Source: Candidatus Versatilivorator sp. (lineage in GTDB: Bacteria > Acidobacteriota > Terriglobia > Versatilivoradales > Versatilivoraceae). Taken from it: a stretch of DNA of 64,000 nucleotides. The notes under the pieces are model-generated. The model saw only the letters and a list, made by a program, of their open reading frames with translations, had not been told where the DNA came from and ran no database searches. The stretch's first letter is position 1. The number at the start of each line of letters is the position of its first letter. The translations under genes and the position numbers were made by a program. Location: positions 5,152,001-5,216,000 of the forward strand of contig OZ242296.1 of assembly GCA_965207735.1 (NCBI GenBank), given 5' to 3'. Below are positions 19,926 through 29,992 of the stretch, piece by piece.

Positions 19926-21002
19926 ATGACCGATCGCCGTTCGTTCTTGACCTCGATGGCGGCCGGGGCCTGGCTGCCGGCGGTGTCCCAGGCCCCGGCG
20001 GACGCCGCCGGGCCGACGCCTCGAAAGATTCGGGTGGGGGCGCTCAACGTGGGGGAGTACACCTTCTGGGGGATCTGGGCCGATATTCTGGCTGCCCAGG
20101 GGTTGTTCGGCGGCGGTCTGCTGAACATGGAGATTACCCACTGCTGGGATGTGAACCCCAAGCTGGCCCGCGAGTTTGCGGCCAAGTACGGCTGCGTGGT
20201 GGTGGACCGTTACGACGGGATGCTGGGCAAGGTGGATGCCATCGGCTTCGGAGGGCTCTACGAGGTTCCCTGGCAGCACCGCCTGGCCTGGCCCTATGTC
20301 GAGGCGGGGGTGCCCACTTACCTGAGCCGTCCCTTCAGCTACCGCTTGCGGGATATCGACTCGATCCTGAACCTGGCTGCCAAACACGACACGCCACTGA
20401 TGGCCACCAGCGTTCAGGAACACTATTACCAGGCTTCCTATCTCAAGGAACGGTTGGGCAACGTGGGGGTTATCAAGGGAGTGCACGGTCTCTGCAACAC
20501 CAACGAATATCCGGCCCATTTCCACGTTCAGTGGTTCATCCTGCGGGCGCTGGGTTACGAGGTGGAGAAGGTCTCCCTGTTTACCGACGACGAGCGCAAG
20601 GCTACCTACCTGCAGGACACCATGCTGTTCAAGGGCAGGGAAGGACAACCACCCTTCCTGGCCGCGCTGCATGGGGTCCCTGACATCCACCACCTCTATC
20701 TGAAGGTCACCGGGGACAAGGGGAGCGAAACCGTCACCGTGGACCGCAGCCCGGACCGGAGGGAGACCCTCTACTACTACTTTGCCCCCCAGCTCATGGA
20801 CATGCAGCGGACCTTCCAAGGGGACAGCTACCAGCCTTTCGACGTCATTCGCAAGAAGACGCAGGTGTTTCTGGCCGGCTACTACTCCTATCTGGAGCGA
20901 GAAGGGAGTCTCTTTCCGGTGGACCAGGTGCCGGTGGACTGGTCCCCCCGCCACTTCAGGCCCGGCTGGATCGACGAGTCGATCTTTCCCGGCAGGTCCT
21001 AG
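19926..21002 (+). CDS. Gfo/Idh/MocA-like oxidoreductase, Tat signal
   Basis: DRRSFL; KIRVGAL, ITHCWD, VDAI, H..LA.PYVEAGVPTYLSRPF (EKP replaced by SRP). Confidence 0.7.
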   Translation: MTDRRSFLTSMAAGAWLPAVSQAPADAAGPTPRKIRVGALNVGEYTFWGIWADILAAQGLFGGGLLNMEITHCWDVNPKLAREFAAKYGCVVVDRYDGMLGKVDAIGFGGLYEVPWQHRLAWPYVEAGVPTYLSRPFSYRLRDIDSILNLAAKHDTPLMATSVQEHYYQASYLKERLGNVGVIKGVHGLCNTNEYPAHFHVQWFILRALGYEVEKVSLFTDDERKATYLQDTMLFKGREGQPPFLAALHGVPDIHHLYLKVTGDKGSETVTVDRSPDRRETLYYYFAPQLMDMQRTFQGDSYQPFDVIRKKTQVFLAGYYSYLEREGSLFPVDQVPVDWSPRHFRPGWIDESIFPGRS

Positions 21003-22741
21003 CTGGCCCCGTAGCCGACCGAGAGCTCGATTCGACTCACCCGCACCGGTCGATCTGCACCCGAGGGGCGCCGCTTGAGCCGCATCGAGAGCTGATTGTG
21101 GCCGCGGGTCAACCGCGCCACCGGGACCGGTAGCCGCAATCCTCTGAAGTCCATGTCCAGGCGCCGCCGAGGCGGGAAGCCCAGAATCCCCTGACCGGGG
21201 GGGATGTCCAGGCGGCAGGCTACCGGAGCCAGGTCTTTCACCGCGTCCATTTCTCCCGGCTCCAGCGGGTGGCCATTGAGCGAAAACTCCAGAATGTCGC
21301 CGGATAATCCGTCCAGGCCGACCAGCAGCTCGGCCCTGCCGGGCCGGCTGGAGGTCGATGAGATCTCGTCGGCGATGGGCAGGGTCAGCGTTTGACTGGC
21401 TCCCGCGCTGCCCAGGGTGAAGGGAAGCGGGGCTGCCTTGATCATGGTGTTGAAGCGGACTGAATCGGAGCGGGGGGAGCGTCCGGTCCGGTGGGCCTCG
21501 AATCGCTGCACCAGGGTGTAGCGCTTGTCCTTGTCCTGAAGCAGAGCCGGATCGGCAATCTCCCGAAGCAAGCGGCTGCGCCAGCTCCCGTAGAAGAACC
21601 AGTTGAAGGTGTAGAGCCCGTCGGCCCCGTCCCGCCAGAGGTTGGCGGCGCTGCCTCGAATTACCTCGTCGGGATAGATGGGATAGCCGTTGCCAAAGGG
21701 GTATAGGCTGGGATAGATGGGTAGCCGGCGGCTGCCCATGAGCTCTCTGAACCCGGACAGGCCCCGACACTCGGTCAATCCCTGCCCCAGAATCAGGGAA
21801 TCCACCAGCCCCTCCCGGATCCAGGCGGGAACTTCGAATCCTCCTTCCAGGCACCATTCCACCCGCTCGGGGACACGCACTGCAATCTCGATGGGACGCC
21901 CCCTTCTGGCCGCCCTCCGCCGCAGACTCCGCCTCACTGTTCGCATGAACTCGGTCAGAACCTTGCCTTTTTCCCGCTCCAGGCCCCGCGGGAAATAGAA
22001 AGTGTGCCGGAGCCAGTCGAGCTCGATGCCGTCGAAATCCCAGCGATCGAAGAATTCCTCGATGACCCGCAGCTTCAGTTCTCGGACCGGGGTCACCTCG
22101 AAATTCAGGGCGCTCCACCAATCCAGGTCGGGAACCAGCCAATCGGGGTTGATTCTCTTGAAGGTGGGCAGCTCCGGGTTGGGCAGGGTGCCCCGGGGGT
22201 GCTGCCCATCGTGAATATCGTTCATCCGGAGGGACACAAAGGCCCTCATCCCTCTGCGGCGGCATTCATCCACGATGATCCGGGGCGGGTTGTGGCCGGA
22301 GTCGGCCAAGCTCTTGGGGTTCAGGTACTGGTCCTTGGGATCGACCTCGATGCCTCCGTGCCAGGTCCTGCTTTCAGGGAACTGGAACAGGTCGGCTTGG
22401 CCGGGCCATTCCAGGACGTCGCTCTGATACTCGGCCACGTTGCCGCTGCCAAAGCTGAACAGCAGCGTGTCGACGCCGCTGTTCTCGATGGGCGTGAAGA
22501 CCAGGTCGGTAAATTCCTGCCGGCTCAAGGGGCCGCTGTTTTGGGGCAAGGCGGCGCGCCCCCAGCAGTGGATCATGGACCCATCGCAGTTGAACAGCAG
22601 CCGGCCCGGCCTGGAGTCGCGGGCGTCCGACCTGCCGGGATTGGCCAGGCAGGCCAGCCCTCCGGCCCCTGCCAGGAGAAAGCGGCGCCGGCTGAGCGGA
22701 AAGTCGTTGGGGAGGGACGAGGCCTTACCGGAACCAGTCAT
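20999..22741 (-). CDS. Tat-exported GHL10-like protein
   Basis: SRRRFLL; LFNCDG, SLRMNDIHD, DGIELDWLRH, GADGLYTFN. Confidence 0.72.
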   Translation of the reverse strand: MTGSGKASSLPNDFPLSRRRFLLAGAGGLACLANPGRSDARDSRPGRLLFNCDGSMIHCWGRAALPQNSGPLSRQEFTDLVFTPIENSGVDTLLFSFGSGNVAEYQSDVLEWPGQADLFQFPESRTWHGGIEVDPKDQYLNPKSLADSGHNPPRIIVDECRRRGMRAFVSLRMNDIHDGQHPRGTLPNPELPTFKRINPDWLVPDLDWWSALNFEVTPVRELKLRVIEEFFDRWDFDGIELDWLRHTFYFPRGLEREKGKVLTEFMRTVRRSLRRRAARRGRPIEIAVRVPERVEWCLEGGFEVPAWIREGLVDSLILGQGLTECRGLSGFRELMGSRRLPIYPSLYPFGNGYPIYPDEVIRGSAANLWRDGADGLYTFNWFFYGSWRSRLLREIADPALLQDKDKRYTLVQRFEAHRTGRSPRSDSVRFNTMIKAAPLPFTLGSAGASQTLTLPIADEISSTSSRPGRAELLVGLDGLSGDILEFSLNGHPLEPGEMDAVKDLAPVACRLDIPPGQGILGFPPRRRLDMDFRGLRLPVPVARLTRGHNQLSMRLKRRPSGADRPVRVSRIELSVGYGAS

Positions 22742-23924
22742 AGTTGAGCCCCAGGGAACGGTCGGCCAGTGGAAGGTCGATTCGAGCGCCCCCGTTCTTG
22801 GAAGACAGCTTGAGGGCTATCTCCACTTCCAGAGCGACGGCTACCCGGCGTCCCGAGTTCTTGGGCTCGTCCAGCCGGCCTTCCATGCAGTCCAACACGT
22901 CGGCCAGGCTGTAGACGGCGCCATAGGGCGGGACGAACTGGGGGTCGGGCCAGGGCATGGAGACCCGCCGGGTTCCCGCCGGCGTCTCGGCCGTCTGCCG
23001 GAGCTGCCAGCCGGTGACGAACGAAAAGCTCATCTCCCCTTTGCTGCCGCAGAGGCGGACCCCGGGAGCACCCCCGCGGAAGTGGACCACCCGCCCGTCG
23101 CGGGTGACCATCATTCCCTGGCCCCTGAACTCGTCGCTTCCGGATTCTCTTCGGGGCTGGTCCCCGGTCCCGCACACCCAGGCCGGCGGGCTGTCCAGAA
23201 AGTAGGACCAGTTCTGATGTTGAGCCGTGGGACTCGAGGCCTCGATGGAGAGCAGTTCGCCGATCGCCCCCTGCTGCACCAAGGCCCTGGCCCTGGCAAA
23301 GGAGGGGTGGGTGGTGGTGATGGCGCCGCAGTTGAGAGCAATGCCGCGATCGGCGCAGGCCTGGACCATGCGGTCGGCTTGCTCCAGGGTGTGGCACATG
23401 GGTTTCTCGGTGAAGATGCCCTTGGCTCCCAATTCCGCCGACTTGACGGTGAGAAAGGCCCGGCCCTTGGTGTTGGTCGCCACGGCAACGATATCGAGCT
23501 TTTCCCTTTCCATCATCTCGAGGGCGTCGGTGTAGAGGGCCTGGATGCCGTAGCGTTCTCCAAAAGCCTCGAGCCGTTTCCGGTCGCGGTCGGCGCCGGC
23601 CACCAGGCGCACTTCCGGACGATCCCACAGCGCTTCGGCGTAGGAGGTGGGGAGCCCTTCATTTCCAGGGTGGTCGTGGTGGTGGAATCGCCGGTGGATG
23701 TCCAACTTGGGCGTGGGCCGATCCGCGTCGTCCACATCGAAGCGATCGGGGATGCGCTCCGCAAGGTCGTAGAGCAAACCCATCCAGCCCAGGCCGATCA
23801 CCCCTGCCCGATACCGGGCCTTGCCGGGGTCTGCCCCCCCAGGTCCCGGAGTTCCGCCGGCGGAGGGCGCTCCGGACGCAAGCCCCGAGGCCAGAACCGT
23901 ATGAAGAAAGTGTCGTCTTTGCAT
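22725..23924 (-). CDS. Gfo/Idh/MocA oxidoreductase, Tat signal
   Basis: MQRRHFL; GVIGLGWMG; LDIVAVAT; IFTEKPM; GAIGEL. Confidence 0.88.
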   Translation of the reverse strand: MQRRHFLHTVLASGLASGAPSAGGTPGPGGADPGKARYRAGVIGLGWMGLLYDLAERIPDRFDVDDADRPTPKLDIHRRFHHHDHPGNEGLPTSYAEALWDRPEVRLVAGADRDRKRLEAFGERYGIQALYTDALEMMEREKLDIVAVATNTKGRAFLTVKSAELGAKGIFTEKPMCHTLEQADRMVQACADRGIALNCGAITTTHPSFARARALVQQGAIGELLSIEASSPTAQHQNWSYFLDSPPAWVCGTGDQPRRESGSDEFRGQGMMVTRDGRVVHFRGGAPGVRLCGSKGEMSFSFVTGWQLRQTAETPAGTRRVSMPWPDPQFVPPYGAVYSLADVLDCMEGRLDEPKNSGRRVAVALEVEIALKLSSKNGGARIDLPLADRSLGLNYDWFR

Positions 23925-24139
23925 GGCTTCCTCCCATCCACTTGGCGGGCTGCGGATGCCCGAACCGGATCCTGGCCGGCATCCCCTGGAATAGGACGCC
24001 AGGGCATCCGGAGCGGGGCAGGGCAAGGGTGCTGGTCAAGATCCCAGGATCCAATGCCGTCATTCTATGAAGGTTGGCTTGTTCTGTCGATAGCTATGGC
24101 ATTAAACTATCCCCAGCAAATTTCCAATGGGGTGAGAGC

Positions 24140-26677
24140 GTGTTGAGACCGATCTCGATCGGGGTGGCTCTTTTCACCGGTTTGGCGGCTTTCGCAGGCG
24201 CGGCTGAGGATACCTCGGTCCGGTTCCGGACGCAGATCAAACCCATCCTGGAGACCCACTGCCTTTCCTGCCACGACACCCGGACCCACAACAGCGGCCT
24301 GGTGCTGGAAACGCCGGAGGCCATTCTCCGGGGAGGCGCCCTCAACGGCCCCGCCGCCCAGCCCGGCAATGCCGCATCCAGTCCCCTGATCCAGTACCTT
24401 CGGGGTGAGAAGCAGCCGGCCATGCCCCTGGGAGAACCACCCCTGCCTGAGGAGGAGATCGGTCTGATCGCCGCATGGATCGACCAATTGCCGCCCCCGG
24501 CCGATGCTTCACAGGGAAAGGGAGCGGCCTGGCCCTTCACCCGCCTGAAGCCGCCGGGCATCCCGGCAGTTCGAAACCGGCACTGGGTGAGAAACCCCAT
24601 CGACGCCCTGGTCCTGGCCAAGTTGGAGAAACAGGGGATGCAACCGGCGCCGCCGGCTTCCCGGCGGTCCCTGCTGCGCCGGGTCTATTTCGATCTGACC
24701 GGCATGCCACCCACTCCGGAAGCCATGGCACGGTTTCTCGGTAACCCGGGCCAGGATGCCTATGAGCAGGAAGTCGAGAAACTGCTGCGCAATCCCCACT
24801 ACGGGGAGCGTTGGGGCAGGCACTGGCTCGATCTGGTTCGCTACGCCGATACCGAAGGGGGTGGCCCCGACTACCCTCGCCCCCACATCTGGCGCTACCG
24901 GGACTACGTCATTCGCGCTTTCAATCAGGACCGCGCTTACGACCGTTTTATCAAGGAGCAGCTGGCCGGCGATCTGAATGCGGTTTACGGCGCGGAGGGC
25001 AAACTCGGACTCGGGTTCCTCAATCTGGGGGTCGTCGGAGAGGACTCCGGGCGGCAGAATCTGCTGGTCGATTTGGTCGCCACCACCGGATCGGTCTTTC
25101 TGGGGCTCACCCTGGAGTGCGCTCGCTGTCACGACCACAAGTACGACCCCATTCCCACTCGCGACTACTACCGGACCGAGGCCTTCTTTTCCTCCCTCAG
25201 CCTGGGTGAAGCCGACCTTCCCTTTACTCAGTACGAGGGTCCCAGTCTCGATCCTGAAGCCTGGAAAGAGCGTGCCGAAGCCTGGCAGCGGGAGTTGGAC
25301 CAGCGCAAGGAGTTGAAGGAGAAGACCACGGCGGAATTTCTGAAGCGCCTGGAAAAGCCATTCCACCTGGTCGGAGGGCAGGACCTGAAGGACGGTGTGG
25401 TGCCGCTGGGCGATGCCGGCGAACTGAAGACGGCTCTCAATCGTGGAGTTCTGTTCACGCGGGAGGAGAGGGAACTCTATCGCCTGATCGAGAGACAGAA
25501 CACCGCCTACGGCAACGTGAGCCATCGGGATTACTTCAAGCCCAGGGTGCACGCCGCCCAAGAAATTCAGAGCCGGTATGGGGGACGTCGTCCCCACCCC
25601 GCCATGCCCACCACCTACATCCTGATGGGCGGCAATCCGGAATCCAGAGGGGAGGCGGTGCAGCCGGGTTTTCTGAACGTGCTTGAGGAGCAGTTTCCGT
25701 TCGAGAGCGAGAATCCCAGACAGAACCCCCGGCAGACGCTGGCCGAGTGGATCGCCCATCCCGACAATCCCTTGACGGCCCGAGTCATGGTGAACCGAAT
25801 CTGGCAGCACCATTTCGGCGAGGGGCTGGTGCGGACTGCCAGCGACTTCGGGCGGAACGGATCCGGAACCCTACACCCCGAGTTGATCGATTTTCTGGCC
25901 TCCTATTTTGTGCGGAACCGTTGGAGCATCAAGGCCGTGCATCGATTGATCCTGCAATCCAATGTCTACCGGCAGTCGATTCGGAACCCCCGCGCCGAGG
26001 AGTACCGCTCCCGGGACCCCGACAACCGCTACTTCTGGCGGAGCAATCCGCTACGATTGGAGGCCGAGGCGATCCGGGACAGCATTTTGGCCGTGAGTGG
26101 AGAGTTGAATCCCAGGATCGGAGGACCGGGATTCTTTCCCAAGGTCGAGGAAGACCTGTTGTGGGAGGGGGGAACCTGGTGGAAACCCTCCAGTCGGGAG
26201 GAAAGGAATCGGCGCACCGTCTACATGTGGCAGGGGCGGTCTTTTCAACTGCCCATGATGAGCGTCTTTGACGGAGCCAATCTGAACGAAAGCTGCTGGA
26301 GGCGGCAAGTGACCACCGTAGCCCCGCAGGTGTTCGCCCTCTTCAACAACCCCTTCGTGCACGAGCAGAGTCGCAGGATGGCGCGGCGGATCGTCCGGGA
26401 GGCAGGACCCGACCCCCAATCCCGACTGAAGCGGGCCTTCCAGTTGGCCCTTCAGCGGGATCCCACGCCCGAGGAATATTCCCGCGGGCTGGACTTTCTG
26501 ACGCGGCCCCTGACGGCCAGCCAGCCTCCCATAGAGTTGGCCAAGGGGCCCGCTACTGAGCCGGGGGTGGGCTCGGAGGCTTCGTTGCGGCTGCCGCCGC
26601 CTGCCGGAGACCAGGACCGGCTGGCCGACCTCTGCCTGGTTCTGTTGAACATGAACGAGTTCATTTTCTTGGAGTGA
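24140..26677 (+). CDS. PSD1/planctomycete cytochrome c protein (DUF1549+DUF1553), second copy
   Basis: CLSCH, YGERWGRHWLD, CARCHDHKYDPI, NPLTARVMVNR, NEFIFLE; GTG/TTG start approximate. Confidence 0.9.
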   Translation: MLRPISIGVALFTGLAAFAGAAEDTSVRFRTQIKPILETHCLSCHDTRTHNSGLVLETPEAILRGGALNGPAAQPGNAASSPLIQYLRGEKQPAMPLGEPPLPEEEIGLIAAWIDQLPPPADASQGKGAAWPFTRLKPPGIPAVRNRHWVRNPIDALVLAKLEKQGMQPAPPASRRSLLRRVYFDLTGMPPTPEAMARFLGNPGQDAYEQEVEKLLRNPHYGERWGRHWLDLVRYADTEGGGPDYPRPHIWRYRDYVIRAFNQDRAYDRFIKEQLAGDLNAVYGAEGKLGLGFLNLGVVGEDSGRQNLLVDLVATTGSVFLGLTLECARCHDHKYDPIPTRDYYRTEAFFSSLSLGEADLPFTQYEGPSLDPEAWKERAEAWQRELDQRKELKEKTTAEFLKRLEKPFHLVGGQDLKDGVVPLGDAGELKTALNRGVLFTREERELYRLIERQNTAYGNVSHRDYFKPRVHAAQEIQSRYGGRRPHPAMPTTYILMGGNPESRGEAVQPGFLNVLEEQFPFESENPRQNPRQTLAEWIAHPDNPLTARVMVNRIWQHHFGEGLVRTASDFGRNGSGTLHPELIDFLASYFVRNRWSIKAVHRLILQSNVYRQSIRNPRAEEYRSRDPDNRYFWRSNPLRLEAEAIRDSILAVSGELNPRIGGPGFFPKVEEDLLWEGGTWWKPSSREERNRRTVYMWQGRSFQLPMMSVFDGANLNESCWRRQVTTVAPQVFALFNNPFVHEQSRRMARRIVREAGPDPQSRLKRAFQLALQRDPTPEEYSRGLDFLTRPLTASQPPIELAKGPATEPGVGSEASLRLPPPAGDQDRLADLCLVLLNMNEFIFLE

Positions 26678-26737
26678 AGCTTCGCCGAAGTCCCAGGTTT
26701 TTTTCGGCTCCGCCAGGAGAACCTTGCAAGAAAAACC

Positions 26738-28192
26738 ATGAAGCCTCCCAATCACGAATATTGCGGTCGATTCGAAGCCCCCGCTGCTTCCATGGGTGAG
26801 CTGGGGCGCCGGGATTTCCTGTTTCGCCTGGGACGCGGCGTTGGCGGCGTGGCCCTTTCCTCGATGCTTTTTCGGGAGGGCCTGCTGGGCGCCGGGGCAA
26901 CCGACAATTCGCTGGCGGCCAGGAAGGGCCATCGGCCGGCCCGGGCCAAGTCATGCATTTTCCTGTTCATGGCGGGCGGTCCCAGCCAGATGGACACTTT
27001 CGATCCCAAGCCGTTGTTGAACAAGTACCACGGCACCCCGGCCTTCGACGGCGCTCAGTTGCGCACCTCCGGAAGGAAGCTGCTCTACGTGGGAAGCCCC
27101 TTCCGCTTCAACAAGTTCGGCCGGAGCGGCACCGAAGTTTCGGACATGTTTCCCCATCTGGCCACCTGCGTGGACGACATGGCGGTGGTGCGGTCGATTC
27201 ACACCGACTCCGACGCCCACTCCCTGGCCACCTTCCTGATGAATACAGGGGCAGCGCTGCCCGGCAGTCCTTCGCTGGGTTCCTGGACGGTCTACGGGTT
27301 GGGAACCGAGAACGAGAATCTGCCGGCCTTCGTGGTGTTTCCCATCAGCGGCACCGGGGGCTTTGGCGGGCCCCAGAACTGGTCCAACGGATACCTGCCG
27401 GCCATCTACCAGGGAACCCCCCTCAAGTCGGAAGGTGTTCCCATCGTGGATCTGCAGCCCCCTGCGGGCACCACCGCCGGACGTCAGGAATCCAATATTC
27501 AGTTACTGAACCACTTCAACCGGCCCTACCTGGAAGGCCACCCGCTGAAGAGCGACCTTTGGGCCCGGATGAAGAACTACGAACTGGCCTTCCGCATGCA
27601 GATGACGGTGCCGGAAGCGTTGGACGTGGACAAGGAGCCGCCGGCCATTCGGGAGCTGTATGGACTCGACAACAAGATTACCGAGCCCATGGGCAGACGG
27701 TGCCTCATGGCCCGGCGACTGGTGGAGCGGGGCGTGCGCTTCGTGCAAATCTACTCCCGGGGCTGGGACTCCCACCAGGATATCGCCGGCCAGCACCGCC
27801 TGCGAGGCCTGGAAACCGACCGGCCCATGGCGGCCCTGTTGAAGGACCTCAAGCAGCGGGGCCTGCTGGATCAGACCCTGGTGGCCTGGGGAGGAGAATT
27901 CGGCCGCACTCCCCAGAGCCTGCCCCACAACTGGAAGGCCCCCGGGCGCGAACACAACAAGACGGCCATGCCCATGTGGTTCGCCGGTGGCGGCGTGAAG
28001 GGAGGCACGGTTGTGGGAGCCACCGATGAGCTGGGCGAGAAGGCGGTCGAGAACCCCTACCATCTCCACGATCTGCACGCCACCTTCCTTCACCTGATGG
28101 GGTTGGACGACATGCGCCTTTCCTACTACCACGCCGGCAGGTTCAAGCGCCTCACAGACCTGGGTGGCAACATCATCAAGGAGATGGTTTAG
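26738..28192 (+). CDS. DUF1501 family protein, second copy
   Basis: GRRDFL; RAKSCIFLFMAGGPSQMDTFDPKP; GWDSH; GEFGRTP. Confidence 0.92.
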   Translation: MKPPNHEYCGRFEAPAASMGELGRRDFLFRLGRGVGGVALSSMLFREGLLGAGATDNSLAARKGHRPARAKSCIFLFMAGGPSQMDTFDPKPLLNKYHGTPAFDGAQLRTSGRKLLYVGSPFRFNKFGRSGTEVSDMFPHLATCVDDMAVVRSIHTDSDAHSLATFLMNTGAALPGSPSLGSWTVYGLGTENENLPAFVVFPISGTGGFGGPQNWSNGYLPAIYQGTPLKSEGVPIVDLQPPAGTTAGRQESNIQLLNHFNRPYLEGHPLKSDLWARMKNYELAFRMQMTVPEALDVDKEPPAIRELYGLDNKITEPMGRRCLMARRLVERGVRFVQIYSRGWDSHQDIAGQHRLRGLETDRPMAALLKDLKQRGLLDQTLVAWGGEFGRTPQSLPHNWKAPGREHNKTAMPMWFAGGGVKGGTVVGATDELGEKAVENPYHLHDLHATFLHLMGLDDMRLSYYHAGRFKRLTDLGGNIIKEMV

Positions 28193-28194
28193 CC

Positions 28195-29886
28195 ATGAAC
28201 AGCCAACTTTCGCGCAGAGGATTTCTCGAAGCCGCGGTCGCCACTGCCGCCTGGTCTCGCCAAGGGTTTTCCGCATCCGACCCCGGGAGTGTAACTCCGG
28301 TCAAACTGGGCAGTCTTTCTCCCCGGGGCTCGCGGCGCATCCTCTACGTGAGCGACCCCTCCAGCATCGCCCGGCGCTATCTCCCCGATCCCGTTTCCGA
28401 GCGGGACCTCAGGAAATGGGTTGACACGCTGGCCGCGGCCCGTGTGGATCTGTTCATTCAGGAGGCCTACACCCAGGGGTGGACCACCTACTGGCGAAGC
28501 CCCCGGTACGACTATGACGCCAGACCCCAGCACCGTCGTTTCCTGCCCCTGCTGGATCAAGGCAAGCAGCCCCTGGGAATTCTGCTGGATCAATGCCGCC
28601 GGCGGGGCATGACTTTTATGGCCGGTCTCCGCGTGAACGACAATCACGGACACGTCTCCATCCGCCAGGGTGTGGGAGCGGGCGCTGCCTTCCTGGTGAA
28701 CAATCCCCAGTGGCAGATCCGCGAAACACCGCCGGGTCCCTACTATGCCTTGAGCACCCCCTTCGATTTCACTTTCGACCCGGTGCGGGAGTATTTCTTT
28801 TCGGTGAATGTCGAACTGGTCAATCGTTTCGACGTGGACGGCCTGGAGTTGTGCTTCCGGGATCACTTCTACTTCCCTCCGGGCAAGGGGCCGGAGCGAA
28901 AGGGCCTGATGACCGGGCTGATGAAACGCATCCGCCGCATGCTGGATGAAAAAGGACGGGAGAGGAACAGGAAGCTGCTGCTGGGGGCGCGGGTCTTCCA
29001 GACGCTGGAGGAGTGCGACACCATGGGGCTGGACGTACCTGCCTGGATAGCAGAGGGGCTCATCGACTACGTCTCTCCCGCCGACACCATGTACTGCGAG
29101 CCCAATCTTCCCCTGGAAGCCTTTTCCCGCCTGACACGCTCCGGTCCATGCTTGCTCTACCCGGGGCTGCTTCCCTGGAGCAGCATCCGCATGAGGCGCC
29201 GCCTGGGGGGACAGCCCATCACCCTGGACCAGCAGAGAGCCCTGGCCATGAACATGTACGGCGCCGGCGCCGACGGCATCTTCTACTACAACCACTTCGT
29301 GCCTCTCTCCTGGGAGCCCTTCTACCCTCATATGCTTCGGGGCCTGGCTGAGACCCGGGAGCCTCGGGACCTGGCCCGAGGCAACCGCCACTATGTCTTC
29401 GAGCCGCTTTGGGCCGGATGCCTGGGGTTCGGCGAAGACCGGCCCTCCACCGGAGCGGTCAAGGCGGACCGGATGGTGCTCGAGCGGGGCGCTCGGGGGG
29501 GTGAGGGGAAATATCGATTCCGGGTTTGTGAGCACATCGGAGGTTCCCGCGGAGCCTCGCTGCTGTTTCGGGCCTATCACGCCGTCGACGGCGATCGCTT
29601 CCAGGTCCGGGTCAACGGAACGCCGGTTCCCGATTCACGGCTGCGGAGACGCAGCGATGAACGACGTTCGGACCTGAAGGCCATCGTGGACCCCAACTCC
29701 ACCAGCAGTTCCGGCCTGCCTCCGGTACCCGAGCTTCCCGGTCCCTTCTCCACCTTCTGGTTCGATCTGACCGAGCCCCCGGCGCAGCTTGGAGACAACT
29801 GGCTGGAAGTGCGGCTGACCCACGGCGATCCGGACCAGACCCGGGATATTCTGATCGATGAAGTGGAAGTCTTCGTCACCGCCTGA
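28195..29886 (+). CDS. Tat-exported GHL10-like protein
   Basis: SRRGFL; GLRVNDNH; DVDGLELCFRD; GADGIFYYN. Confidence 0.68.
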   Translation: MNSQLSRRGFLEAAVATAAWSRQGFSASDPGSVTPVKLGSLSPRGSRRILYVSDPSSIARRYLPDPVSERDLRKWVDTLAAARVDLFIQEAYTQGWTTYWRSPRYDYDARPQHRRFLPLLDQGKQPLGILLDQCRRRGMTFMAGLRVNDNHGHVSIRQGVGAGAAFLVNNPQWQIRETPPGPYYALSTPFDFTFDPVREYFFSVNVELVNRFDVDGLELCFRDHFYFPPGKGPERKGLMTGLMKRIRRMLDEKGRERNRKLLLGARVFQTLEECDTMGLDVPAWIAEGLIDYVSPADTMYCEPNLPLEAFSRLTRSGPCLLYPGLLPWSSIRMRRRLGGQPITLDQQRALAMNMYGAGADGIFYYNHFVPLSWEPFYPHMLRGLAETREPRDLARGNRHYVFEPLWAGCLGFGEDRPSTGAVKADRMVLERGARGGEGKYRFRVCEHIGGSRGASLLFRAYHAVDGDRFQVRVNGTPVPDSRLRRRSDERRSDLKAIVDPNSTSSSGLPPVPELPGPFSTFWFDLTEPPAQLGDNWLEVRLTHGDPDQTRDILIDEVEVFVTA

Positions 29887-29992
29887 GGGGAAAAGAGTTA
29901 TCCTCTGCCGCAGCATCTCGTCCTGACTTTCCAGTGTATCCATGTTCAATCTGTAGAAAACCGAATTAACGTGACATGGTCCTTGTTGCCGA

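Noticed and set aside
19911-22265. Long alternative-frame ORFs (also 36410-38602, 22440-24146, 1711-3216 and others)
   Set aside because: They overlap well-supported genes and are typical GC-rich shadow frames.
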